Source: a virus
IMG/VR virus record: IMGVR_UViG_3300042731_011014
Span: 64,001-128,000 of that record
Direction: 5' to 3' (one strand)
DNA: 64,000 nucleotides
Shown here: positions 28,333 to 38,290 of the stretch, in pieces
How positions within the stretch are numbered: position 1 is the stretch's first letter
Layout: each line of letters opens with the position of its first letter
The notes under the pieces: generated by a model
What the model saw: only the letters and a program-made list of their open reading frames with translations
The model's database searches: none
What the model was told of the DNA's origin: nothing
Position numbers and translations under genes: made by a program

Positions 28333-29361
28333 CTAATCATTGGCGGCAACATGCACGTGCGCTGTAACCCGGTCGCCCATTGTAAAATCTTGCAATCTAT
28401 CTAATACTATTTTAAACCCTTTTGGCAGTGGAAACACCTCCCTTGCCGGGCCATCGTACCCTGAAACAAACTGATTCGGAGTACTACCGTCAAAAGCCAA
28501 TTCAAAAACACCATCATTTGATGGCTTAATCCATATCTTAATAGAATTTAACCTGATTCCATACTTATGCTCAACAGAAATCTCCACATTTGTACTCACG
28601 TCAGCGGAAGAATCTGGCTCTGGCACTTGAGCAACAACCTCTGGCGGTTCAGCCGAAACATAAAACGAATAAGTAAAATCACTCGCCGTACCAATAAGAT
28701 CTTCAGCGGTTACTCTAACAGGAATAGTTGCCTCATAAGCAAAATTAGAACTAGGAACAATTTTAAAATTAAATCCATTGGTTATCGATGTTTTAGTAAC
28801 AGTAAAATTATTTTTTTGATCGTCATCCTCCCATGCAACAACACTATCAACATAGATAACTACAGAATCGGCATTCACTCCTTGATTATCTGTTAGATCA
28901 AAAATTATAGGCCTATCAGACTCAACATACCTCTCGCTTCTTCCAGGATCAAAATTCGATAAAGATGGGCCAATCTCGTCTCTCGTTTGAAACTGATAAA
29001 TTTCATCAAGAACTTCACTACCAAATGATTCGGCATACACTTCAATGTTTATCCATGCATAATTAGCTAATAAATCATCTGGATTTATTTCATATCTAAA
29101 TCCATTTGAAATTATCGTCTTTGCTACCGAAAATCCCACCTGTTGAGTATCATTTTGCCATGCTGTAACTCCATCAACTCTAATAATTATAGAATCCTCA
29201 TCGACACCTGTAATATCATCGTAAACTTCTAAAATGATATTTTCATCTCTAAATACACCGGTCTCATTAGCCTGCGGATCTAAATTCCGCAATACCGGAG
29301 GCGCACCAATATCTTCATACCCATAAGATGCAATCCCATATTGTGTACCATATCCACCCAT
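28333..29361 (-). CDS. Ig-like repeat virion protein, paralog of 34035-35171
   Basis: Repeated P..GV..D.V.I.VDG..AWQND.QQ.GF.V.K units; shared C-terminal IKIWIKP..D.VFE.AFD. Confidence 0.7.
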   Translation of the reverse strand: MGGYGTQYGIASYGYEDIGAPPVLRNLDPQANETGVFRDENIILEVYDDITGVDEDSIIIRVDGVTAWQNDTQQVGFSVAKTIISNGFRYEINPDDLLANYAWINIEVYAESFGSEVLDEIYQFQTRDEIGPSLSNFDPGRSERYVESDRPIIFDLTDNQGVNADSVVIYVDSVVAWEDDDQKNNFTVTKTSITNGFNFKIVPSSNFAYEATIPVRVTAEDLIGTASDFTYSFYVSAEPPEVVAQVPEPDSSADVSTNVEISVEHKYGIRLNSIKIWIKPSNDGVFELAFDGSTPNQFVSGYDGPAREVFPLPKGFKIVLDRLQDFTMGDRVTAHVHVAAND

Positions 29362-29382
29362 AACGCCTCTCCAACAAATCTA

Positions 29383-32253
29383 TTATAACAATTTAACTCT
29401 AAACCAACTAAACGAAGCAGCAAAACCGCTAGAACCTTCATCAAATAAATAAATTCCAATTCGAGAAGGTGTAAAAACCGAATCAAACTCTCCGGACTTA
29501 TCCCAAACAGTGCCATCCGGAGAACATAAAAATTCATATAATTGAGTTGAATGCGTATATTTAATTTTTAAAAATACTAAATTATCATACCATACACGTT
29601 CAGCTTGATCTCCAGTAAAAGAACCATTTATAACCCGATCATGTTTTAAAACTTGCCCACCACCATCTTTTGCTCTCATCCAACCAACCCAATTACAAGA
29701 TCCACCACTATCTACACCATTATCCATAAATATTCCCACCATATGATAATTACTCCAAACAGTAGCTCTTAACTTAATATAGACCTCAAAATCAACCGAA
29801 TCAGGACTCATCTTTGCTAAGGTATGATGTTTTGTTATATCCCACCCACTACCATTACCATTAATATTCAACCATAATCTACCATCATCAATTCCCCACG
29901 TACCATAAGTCGGATCGGGATTTCCGCGACGTATCCAACTCCAATCACTGTCTAATGCTAATTGTCCCGATCCTGTAAATTCATCATCATATGATGATGG
30001 ACTACTTGGAGGAATATCTTCTTCATGACCAGCATAAATTGCAGTTGTCTCAATTACAACATCGTCCTCATACTCAATAATAGGATCAATAAAATAATGT
30101 CCACCACTCCAATTACTCGTCGGAAAAGCATCACTAGCCGTATAAAAACTTGGCCTGGCGTCTATGTTATAGGCATCGCCAATTGACCTAGGACCCTGAG
30201 TTAAAGTCGGACTACTTGCCTGCCAATGTTTCGCCTCACCCCAATAAATCGTCGCCATAAATTCCTCACCAATATCCGATCCAGAGATCTCAAAAGGTGA
30301 ATCGAACAACACTTCGTAAAAACCTGCTGTAGTGGGAGCATCCACGCTTTTTGTTTTTAGCTGGGATTGCCCGTCTACTCGCCACAAACTCAACTTATTA
30401 GTCAGGCTTCCAGTATAAGTGCCGCCGACATAATATCTGACCCCCACGATATTGCATGCTTTATTACAACGGAACTTGTTTCCTTGGGTGAATCTTCCGC
30501 TTGTATCCACCACCGCAGCATCCACGGCACTTGAGAAAAGATAACTATCCCTCTTTGTAGTTGTCTGAGGAGTTATCTGTGCGCCCTCTAACAAAACAGC
30601 GTCGAAGCCTTCTTCATCGCCAGAAGCTTTAATCGTTACAATATTACTGGAAGGGTTATATTTGTACTGGAGCTGCTGTTCCGCAGAACTTCCAGAAAAT
30701 ACGCCAACATAATCAAGTTTTTGGCCATTGCGATAAAATAATAAATGATAACCCGAAAGGGTATCAGCAAGACCAGCTCCCCCAGGCGTTTTATTTAGAT
30801 TAAAATAAACGTTCGCATCGGGTGTTTCAGTTCCGTCGGTTGTAAAATGTTGCTCCACTAAATGAGTAGCATTTTCATAAAGATTGATATTGTTATAAAC
30901 AAGACTAAATTTCTGGAAATGTGTATCTGTTGCAGGCTGGCTTCCCCAAACAACAATGAGCAATGCTATTATATTTTTATTGTAACTAAACTCTTGATCA
31001 AACTCTCTAACAATTGTCATGTCGTCTAAGGACGGTTCATTGTCAACATCATTCGCTGAAGCCAAATAATAAATTCTATTTCCTCGCCGCATAATAGCTA
31101 ACCAAGCATAATCTTGGTCTGTTGGAATAACACTCGTATGGTGTTGTTCACCGTCATCAACAACAGAATGAATTCTATAAGTACCAGAATGATAACTTAG
31201 TTGATTCCTGCCGTAATCAGTTTTAGAACCATCTAAATAATGGACAATCCCTCCAGCATTTGAATTAGCGGAATTTACTACATTACTCACAAAAACTTTA
31301 GCAACAAAATCTAATGGTTCGATTGATAATTTTAAATTTGGTGCAGTAAACGTTGAACCATACCAGTCTAAAGTTAACCCACCGGAACTTCTTCCAATTG
31401 CAAGCTTAGTGTCGTCTTCTATAATAGTTGGATCTGGATCTGCAACGTCAACAATATCCTTAGTCCAATTATCATGGATATCCGAATTATTTAAGTTATC
31501 GTGAAAGTCTATTCCTTGGCCGACGTAACCTCGGAGACGAGTTGATACTGTTTCGTATTTGAGACTAAATTTTCTAAATTCGCATGACCATGCTCCATTA
31601 TATGTCCAACCTACATGCACTAAAGCAATTGCCGCATTACCGTACGGAACCGATACACTTTGCGTCGTTGCGTAGGTCATTAAATCAATATTTGGCTCAT
31701 CAGTATAACTACCAATAGAATAATACAAGATAAGATCGCCACCACGTCGGCGAATAGCTAACCAACAATTATCCTGTCCAATGTCAGCAACAATGGTGTT
31801 GTCACTGCTGATATTCCAAAGTAATTGCCAAGCACCGCTATTTGAACGTAAACCAAACCTCATCTTTGTATTAATATTGGAAAAATCGTAGTAAGCCAAG
31901 ACTACTTCGGTCCAATTCTGCACAGTTTTATTTGAGACATGCACCTTAACCGCGAAATCATAATGTTGGGGTAATAAATAAACTCTTGGGGCATTGACTC
32001 CCCAATCATCCGTTGAAGTATCAGACAGTTCCAACTTTTCCGAGTCCTCGGTTTTTGTACCATCACCAGCCTCAGTCCAATTAGGATGAAGCACACTATT
32101 GTTCAGAGGATCGACAAAATCTAATGTCTCCAAAAATTCAAATGTAGCTGGCCTAACAATACCATCACCACCAACCACGTCGGAAGCATTGCCTGACAGA
32201 TCATTCTTAGTTAAAAAATCAGCGTCGATTACTTGATGTGCTTTAATAGGCAT
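29383..32253 (-). CDS. Multi-lectin virion protein (three ConA/GH43-C-like domains plus DUF4082-like domain)
   Basis: Repeated WLAI.RRG..(L/I)..Y segments; GNKFRCNKACNIVGVRYY...LSLWR...FYEVLFDSP; YDDEF..ALD.DWSW. Confidence 0.7.
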   Translation of the reverse strand: MPIKAHQVIDADFLTKNDLSGNASDVVGGDGIVRPATFEFLETLDFVDPLNNSVLHPNWTEAGDGTKTEDSEKLELSDTSTDDWGVNAPRVYLLPQHYDFAVKVHVSNKTVQNWTEVVLAYYDFSNINTKMRFGLRSNSGAWQLLWNISSDNTIVADIGQDNCWLAIRRRGGDLILYYSIGSYTDEPNIDLMTYATTQSVSVPYGNAAIALVHVGWTYNGAWSCEFRKFSLKYETVSTRLRGYVGQGIDFHDNLNNSDIHDNWTKDIVDVADPDPTIIEDDTKLAIGRSSGGLTLDWYGSTFTAPNLKLSIEPLDFVAKVFVSNVVNSANSNAGGIVHYLDGSKTDYGRNQLSYHSGTYRIHSVVDDGEQHHTSVIPTDQDYAWLAIMRRGNRIYYLASANDVDNEPSLDDMTIVREFDQEFSYNKNIIALLIVVWGSQPATDTHFQKFSLVYNNINLYENATHLVEQHFTTDGTETPDANVYFNLNKTPGGAGLADTLSGYHLLFYRNGQKLDYVGVFSGSSAEQQLQYKYNPSSNIVTIKASGDEEGFDAVLLEGAQITPQTTTKRDSYLFSSAVDAAVVDTSGRFTQGNKFRCNKACNIVGVRYYVGGTYTGSLTNKLSLWRVDGQSQLKTKSVDAPTTAGFYEVLFDSPFEISGSDIGEEFMATIYWGEAKHWQASSPTLTQGPRSIGDAYNIDARPSFYTASDAFPTSNWSGGHYFIDPIIEYEDDVVIETTAIYAGHEEDIPPSSPSSYDDEFTGSGQLALDSDWSWIRRGNPDPTYGTWGIDDGRLWLNINGNGSGWDITKHHTLAKMSPDSVDFEVYIKLRATVWSNYHMVGIFMDNGVDSGGSCNWVGWMRAKDGGGQVLKHDRVINGSFTGDQAERVWYDNLVFLKIKYTHSTQLYEFLCSPDGTVWDKSGEFDSVFTPSRIGIYLFDEGSSGFAASFSWFRVKLL

Positions 32254-32255
32254 TA

Positions 32256-34025
32256 TTAGCTCCCGTATACTATTTGATAAAAATCAGCTTCACCAGACCC
32301 GTAAACGCTGACTTTATTTGTACCATCATTATAGGTATATTCGTTGGTCGCAGCTGGTGTTCCAGAAACATATTTCATCATAATCCCTTCACAGAACACT
32401 CTTAAATCGTATCCTGAAGGTGTATCTGCTGTTCCTCCACCTCTTGGAGTAGCACTTAGTGCAGTATCGCCTTTAAGGACAATAACACCAGGTGTTCCAG
32501 ATGCTGTTGAGGTCCAAACTTCTTCATGAGGAGTATCGCCTCCTCCTCCACCCGGTAAGTTGCCAACCTGAACCTTCCGCTTTGCTCCTGTTGTAACCTT
32601 TTCTAGTAAGATTAAGTCAGTACTTCCTGGCGAACTCTCCTCGGTGAATCCACTCCAATCATTATCAGCTCTTTTAAGTTGAGCATCATTTGTTACATTG
32701 CCTAGTCCAACATCACTGTTGTCTAATGTGTCGTAGGTAAACGCATCTGACCCATTAGTCTTTAAAACTTGACCGTTGCTGCCATAACCAGATGGAGTAT
32801 CGGTCATGCTTTCAAGAGTGGACGCCCCGCCACCCGACGGAGTATCAATCAAATTCCAGCCACCAGACCCGTCAGTCTCTAGTATCTTATTAATCGAGGC
32901 CGCCCCAGATCCTAAATTCTGTACCGTCAACTCGTCGGATCCAGCATCTTCGTGAGAAAGAGCATGACTCGTTGGTATTCTAGCATCTGACAGCCTAGAA
33001 TCATCGCCCTCACAAGCTGTATCTGAACCAGTCCCATAGACCTGCTGTGACCCAGTCAGCTTAGAACTAGCATCTAATCCAGCGTAACCGTTTGCTGCGT
33101 TTTTATTCGCTGTTTCCTCGTGCCCAGAATGTGGCGCACTTGCGCCTAAATGTGAATCAATCGCCGAATGATCATTCGTACCAGCGTCTTGTAAATTCTG
33201 GTGAGTTATTTCATCACTTCCACCTAATTCATGATCAGATTTATGAGCCTTAGGTATCTGTGGATCACTTAATTCACCAGATAAACCCGTAACACTGATT
33301 TCGTCAGATTGACCGTCGCCATGACTAGATGCGTGGCCTGTAGGTGTTTGCGGATCAGCTAAAAGACCTGAAAGACCTGCAACACTGATTTCATCAGCCT
33401 GTCCATTACCATGACTAGATCCATGAGTCTTAGGCGGTTGAGGTGTTGCTGATTCTCCAGAAAGCCCAGTTAGACTTATTTCATCTCCCTGACCAGCACC
33501 ATGATCGGAACCATGGGCCTTAGGCGGCTGTGGATCAGCGAGTTCACCAGAAAGGCCAGTAACATCAATTTCATCATCTTGACCGTTCTCATGAGTTGAT
33601 CCGTGTGGCTCTTCTAGTTTTCTGAGAGTTTTATTTAAATATCTTTTTCCGTAATTATACCCTTTATCTCCAGGGTAATATTGTTGCCATCTTTCAGATC
33701 TAACAAGGATCCACTGCTGACCATTTTCTTTATCTTTTAAAGGGTTTGATGACAGTGGTTCATTGTTTGTCGCAACACATTGTAAAATATACGCTCCATC
33801 AATACCGCCATCTATTTCAAGTTGTGGATTTTGAACAGTGGCAACACCATCAGTGAAATCACCCTTAACACCTATATTAGCAGTACTACCATCTGGTAGA
33901 TCTAAAATAGTCCATTCCCAACTTGTAGGTGACTCGGTAGCAGTGGCGCCTAACTGGATCAACCTAGAAGATGCACTATAAAGCTCAACAACATCAGCCG
34001 AACATGTAACTTCTGGTTTTCCCAT
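32256..34025 (-). CDS. Fibre protein with PKD-like N-terminus and His-rich 30-aa repeats
   Basis: PTSWEWTILDLP; HGSxH.GQ.DEI.V.GLSG.L.DPQ.P repeats; GYAGLDASSKL. Confidence 0.75.
   Translation of the reverse strand: MGKPEVTCSADVVELYSASSRLIQLGATATESPTSWEWTILDLPDGSTANIGVKGDFTDGVATVQNPQLEIDGGIDGAYILQCVATNNEPLSSNPLKDKENGQQWILVRSERWQQYYPGDKGYNYGKRYLNKTLRKLEEPHGSTHENGQDDEIDVTGLSGELADPQPPKAHGSDHGAGQGDEISLTGLSGESATPQPPKTHGSSHGNGQADEISVAGLSGLLADPQTPTGHASSHGDGQSDEISVTGLSGELSDPQIPKAHKSDHELGGSDEITHQNLQDAGTNDHSAIDSHLGASAPHSGHEETANKNAANGYAGLDASSKLTGSQQVYGTGSDTACEGDDSRLSDARIPTSHALSHEDAGSDELTVQNLGSGAASINKILETDGSGGWNLIDTPSGGGASTLESMTDTPSGYGSNGQVLKTNGSDAFTYDTLDNSDVGLGNVTNDAQLKRADNDWSGFTEESSPGSTDLILLEKVTTGAKRKVQVGNLPGGGGGDTPHEEVWTSTASGTPGVIVLKGDTALSATPRGGGTADTPSGYDLRVFCEGIMMKYVSGTPAATNEYTYNDGTNKVSVYGSGEADFYQIVYGS
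33205..33605 (-). repeat. Four full and one partial 90-bp/30-aa HxSxH repeats
   Basis: HGSTH, HGSDH, HGSSH, HASSH, HKSDH units at 30-aa spacing. Confidence 0.9.
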
Positions 34026-34034
34026 AATCTATCC

Positions 34035-35171
34035 TTATATTTTTTCTGCGGAGTGGATTAAAACAGTAACTACCTCTCCTACATTGTATTTTTCTATTCT
34101 ATCCAACGTTATTCTAAGCCCATTATTAATTGGTTCCATTTTGCTTCTAGTTCCATTATACATCGGTTTAAATCTCGGTGAAGCATCATAATCAAAAGCA
34201 AATTCAAAAACTTCATCATCGCCTGGTTTAATCCATATTCTTATTGTCTCTTTTCTTATTTCTAGTTCAGCAACTAACTCAACTATTATCAACGATTCTG
34301 ATGACTCATCAGCATTTGGGGCTGGAAATTGGTACTCTGCATATGGTCCACGTGATCCAGTATTAAACGACCATTGTGTATCCGATGTGTTTGGTTCACC
34401 TGGCCACAAATCAGAAGCTTGAATGCGAACAGGTATTGCTGATTCGTGAGTATATTGACCAATTATATCAACATCGTAATGATAACCGTCAGTTATCTCT
34501 GTCTTTTTTACCTTAAAGCCAGTTTGCTGGGTGTCGTTTTGCCATGCAACACGATCTTCGATCCTTATAACAACACTGTCCTGATTGACTCCACTATCAT
34601 CAGTTAAATCAAAAGATACCCTAGTTACAGGGTGAACTAATTCACCGCTGCTAGGAGTCTCATTATTAACAGACGGCCCCTCCGAATCCGGTGCCACGCC
34701 TTCAAGAGTCTGCAACTGAATTCCCGAGTATAATCCAAAAAAACCATACAAATCGTTTATTTCTGGATAAACAAGTGTTAACCCTGTAAATAATCTAGAA
34801 TTTCCAGATGTGCCTATTTTGGCCCCATGGACATCCTCAATATTTGGCGATACTGAAGCCGTATACTGAACATTAGCCATATTATCACAAATCGCCTCAA
34901 CCTCACTATCATTCCTCCTGTAAACCCTTACAATATTTAATTGATGAAGCGTAACTGCTTCTTTTATTATGTAATTTGCAGGATCAAGTAAGTTAACAAG
35001 CGTTCCGCCGATAAAAATGTCAGATCTCATAGCCCGACTAAATACAAATCTCACTCTATCATGATTAACAGCTTGAACTTGCTGAAGAAAAGGAGTTGGG
35101 ACACCTTCATCATCTGACAAAGTTATTTTACTCACTCCAACGGCTGATGCTCTAAAGAAATCTAACGTCAT
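34035..35171 (-). CDS. Ig-like virion protein, paralog of 28333-29361
   Basis: FDLTDDSGVNQDSVVIRIEDRVAWQNDTQQTGF matches the paralog. Confidence 0.7.
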   Translation of the reverse strand: MTLDFFRASAVGVSKITLSDDEGVPTPFLQQVQAVNHDRVRFVFSRAMRSDIFIGGTLVNLLDPANYIIKEAVTLHQLNIVRVYRRNDSEVEAICDNMANVQYTASVSPNIEDVHGAKIGTSGNSRLFTGLTLVYPEINDLYGFFGLYSGIQLQTLEGVAPDSEGPSVNNETPSSGELVHPVTRVSFDLTDDSGVNQDSVVIRIEDRVAWQNDTQQTGFKVKKTEITDGYHYDVDIIGQYTHESAIPVRIQASDLWPGEPNTSDTQWSFNTGSRGPYAEYQFPAPNADESSESLIIVELVAELEIRKETIRIWIKPGDDEVFEFAFDYDASPRFKPMYNGTRSKMEPINNGLRITLDRIEKYNVGEVVTVLIHSAEKI

Positions 35172-38100
35172 GCACTTATTCCCTTGACAATCTTACCATA
35201 ATCTATCGAACTCTTGGAGTACACAGTATTAGTTAAGAGATCTACAGCAAAAATAATACCAGATGTATTTTTTCTACTACCATACTCTACAGCTACTATT
35301 AGGCATGGTGTAAGATTATTTATCACCCTATCCACCATAATTACTCTATTGTAACTTGAATTAAAAATATCATAATCGGCCAGTGAACCCAGTTTTCCAT
35401 AATGAAATGTTACCGTAGCACTTGGCCACGCTATTTTATAAACACCCTCATCTGATGGGATATAAAATGCACTTGTATTTATATCGTATACAGCATTAAT
35501 TTGCGCTATCTCTGTCCTTTCCCCAGATAATGGACTAATAGCAGTGTCAGCGGAAAAAGTACCACCTGAGTCTGACAATGTGCTTTCCCATGTTGACCTC
35601 TGGACGCAGAAAAACCCATCTAATGACATGTAAAATAAATCACCAGAAGAATTAAACCAACACCATCCAATATCACCTGTCTCATTACTATGGGAATACA
35701 ATATACCACTCAAATTTTCCCCACTTGATGAATCACCAAAAAGATACCATCGTTTCCATTTATTAACAGTTACACCGCTTTTACTTGCTATCGCCCTATA
35801 AACATAACCTCCATCCTCAAAAATACAGCTATATCTAGATACGTTATCTTGAATAGCCCATGAGTCATTATCTCCACTATATCCCGCGTCAAGGTTTCTA
35901 GCTGCTATCTGTCCATTTGTCGATTCAATGCCAATTTGACCATTTTTAGTAAACCATGATCCATTCCATGTTCCAAATAATGCACCAGTTATTGAACTGG
36001 ATTCCAATCTAAAAATCCTTATTTCATCTAAAGAAAAATCAACAAAAATAACTAATCCCTCATCTGACTGATAACTTTCAGTTGAGCAGCTTATTATAAG
36101 CAATCCGTTTGTCATAAAAGCTTGTCGAGGTTTTACTCCATCACCAAACAAAGGCAACGCATGACAATCCGCATCTGACGTACCATCAGCTATAAATCTC
36201 ATCCATAATAAATTAGCATCAGTATCTATTATTTCCACAGATGTTTCAGTACACGCTATAATAGCGTGAATTGGAAATTCAGCATTTAATCCCCTATTAA
36301 TGCTAAATCCTTCCCTTGCCCATCCAGCTAAATTTGTAGTAATTCCAGAATTTATCGTAAATCCGAAAATATCCGCGTTAAAATTAGTCGTTGGTGTATC
36401 TAACCATGATCCTAATAAAGCAAAAACATCGCCGGCAAAAACATCATGTGTATAATTTCTAAGAAGCACCCAGCCGCCACCAATATCATAATATACTTCG
36501 ATTAAATTTACTGTCCTCTTAATCCTAAATTTACCAAAAGTCGCAGATGAACCAAGAACCACATCGCTACCCCAACTACCATTTATCTGAACAGAACTCT
36601 TTATTGTATTATTAGTTCTCCTTTGAATATAAATAGCATTATTATTATCAACCCTGATCATAAAATAAAAACCGCCACTACTTGCTAAACCAGAAAAATT
36701 TTCCCATGAGATCTCAATATCAAAATCGGCTACCATATACCATCTACCAGACGATTTCATATATTTAGATTTTCCACCACTCCAAGTTGTATTGGTAGAT
36801 AGCCTCATTTTATCATCATCAATAAGGGAAAAATCAAACTCACTGTCACCGCCAGTTCCAACCGGCTCATCTAAGCCCCACGCCGTATTATCAAAACCGT
36901 CTGCCAGGGTCCCAAAACCCCCTGGACCGCAAACATACCCATCGTAAACAAAAACCCCATCTCTTCTCGCACCATAATAGCCAGTACTTCCCAACAGGCT
37001 ATGCCATATATCAGTCGATCCGTCATAGAAAAAAATTCCAGTTACATTATTTCCATCTAAAAAATCATTACCATGAGAATCAACCTTTCCACGCATGTAA
37101 TCTAGTGACACAATATCCACAAATCCATTATCCTCAAGCGCTAACGGTTCTACATTTTTTGTCTTACTCGGATCAGTTGTCGTTTTTCTGCCCGGTACAA
37201 ATGCCCCGGCTGGCATTTGAATATATCTATTAACAGAAGCGTTCACTGTCTTTATGAAAATATTATCATTATCAAAAAAGAAACATGTCTCTTCCTTTGC
37301 CGAACTCTCGGATGGCTCAAATAACGGTCCAGGTAGACGCGCCGCTCCCCTTATATTATATCCTAAAGTTTTATATCCCCTAACAGGGCCATGATTAATC
37401 AATACCCCTCTGTCTGTCATTTTTATTGGATCAGCATCCCTTTTATTATTCTGCGATTTTCTGTGTCCAGGCACGACTAAACCAATAGTTTCACCAAGTG
37501 GGCTTTTATATTTTCTATTCCCACCAAATGGGGCTAGAGCAAGATTATCCTCAATGACAGACACCTCTCTTTTAAACCTTTGTTGCTCATTGTAAGCCTG
37601 ATAATATCTAAAATAATCAAAACTGATATTTGCAGGCGGAAGAGCACCCCAGTTTTGCAGAAAAACACCAGCTTGAAGATTTTCTATATTAAACTCAAAA
37701 GTATAAGTACATCCAACCTCAGTAAAGGACGCCCCATTATCATCACTATAAAAAAAGGAAACAGTATTCGGATCTATTTTTTCACCAAACCACTCATATG
37801 ATACAGGATACGGTCTCGGATTCCACGCAACTCTATAAATATGATTATTAGTTGACGGATCCGGGACTACGGCAGTCGTACAAACAGTCGAAAATGATCC
37901 ATTATATCCTTTGGTTATTTGAATTTGTGTTGAATCTTTATTATACCCCATCGATATCGCATTCTCTCTATTTGTAAATAATGCAACTCCACCCATACAT
38001 TCAGTCCCAGTACTGCCAAAATCAGTTATCTTAACCTCTACTATGTGAATTTTACCTGATAATCGATTATCTCCATCCTCATCCCCGGTATATTCTAGTC

Positions 38101-38287
38101 CAACATCTTTAATTGCAACTATTGGATTTCTATATATACCACTCCACCATTCATTGTTAAAATCCTCTTCCACGCCAACAAGCAGTTCCCCGGCTGAATG
38201 CGTAACCTTCCCATAATATGGCCTAATAATTTTCATCTTAATAGATGGGCCAGTAAAATCGTCTTCAAACTTTTTTACTAAAGGCAT
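35168..38287 (-). CDS. Large virion protein (lectin-like domains plus probable beta-propeller), paralog of 38291-40774
   Basis: Shared segments VVPG, FFYD..D.W and FP...II...E..I.D.....WMRF. Confidence 0.65.
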   Translation of the reverse strand: MPLVKKFEDDFTGPSIKMKIIRPYYGKVTHSAGELLVGVEEDFNNEWWSGIYRNPIVAIKDVGLEYTGDEDGDNRLSGKIHIVEVKITDFGSTGTECMGGVALFTNRENAISMGYNKDSTQIQITKGYNGSFSTVCTTAVVPDPSTNNHIYRVAWNPRPYPVSYEWFGEKIDPNTVSFFYSDDNGASFTEVGCTYTFEFNIENLQAGVFLQNWGALPPANISFDYFRYYQAYNEQQRFKREVSVIEDNLALAPFGGNRKYKSPLGETIGLVVPGHRKSQNNKRDADPIKMTDRGVLINHGPVRGYKTLGYNIRGAARLPGPLFEPSESSAKEETCFFFDNDNIFIKTVNASVNRYIQMPAGAFVPGRKTTTDPSKTKNVEPLALEDNGFVDIVSLDYMRGKVDSHGNDFLDGNNVTGIFFYDGSTDIWHSLLGSTGYYGARRDGVFVYDGYVCGPGGFGTLADGFDNTAWGLDEPVGTGGDSEFDFSLIDDDKMRLSTNTTWSGGKSKYMKSSGRWYMVADFDIEISWENFSGLASSGGFYFMIRVDNNNAIYIQRRTNNTIKSSVQINGSWGSDVVLGSSATFGKFRIKRTVNLIEVYYDIGGGWVLLRNYTHDVFAGDVFALLGSWLDTPTTNFNADIFGFTINSGITTNLAGWAREGFSINRGLNAEFPIHAIIACTETSVEIIDTDANLLWMRFIADGTSDADCHALPLFGDGVKPRQAFMTNGLLIISCSTESYQSDEGLVIFVDFSLDEIRIFRLESSSITGALFGTWNGSWFTKNGQIGIESTNGQIAARNLDAGYSGDNDSWAIQDNVSRYSCIFEDGGYVYRAIASKSGVTVNKWKRWYLFGDSSSGENLSGILYSHSNETGDIGWCWFNSSGDLFYMSLDGFFCVQRSTWESTLSDSGGTFSADTAISPLSGERTEIAQINAVYDINTSAFYIPSDEGVYKIAWPSATVTFHYGKLGSLADYDIFNSSYNRVIMVDRVINNLTPCLIVAVEYGSRKNTSGIIFAVDLLTNTVYSKSSIDYGKIVKGISA

Positions 38288-38290
38288 TAA

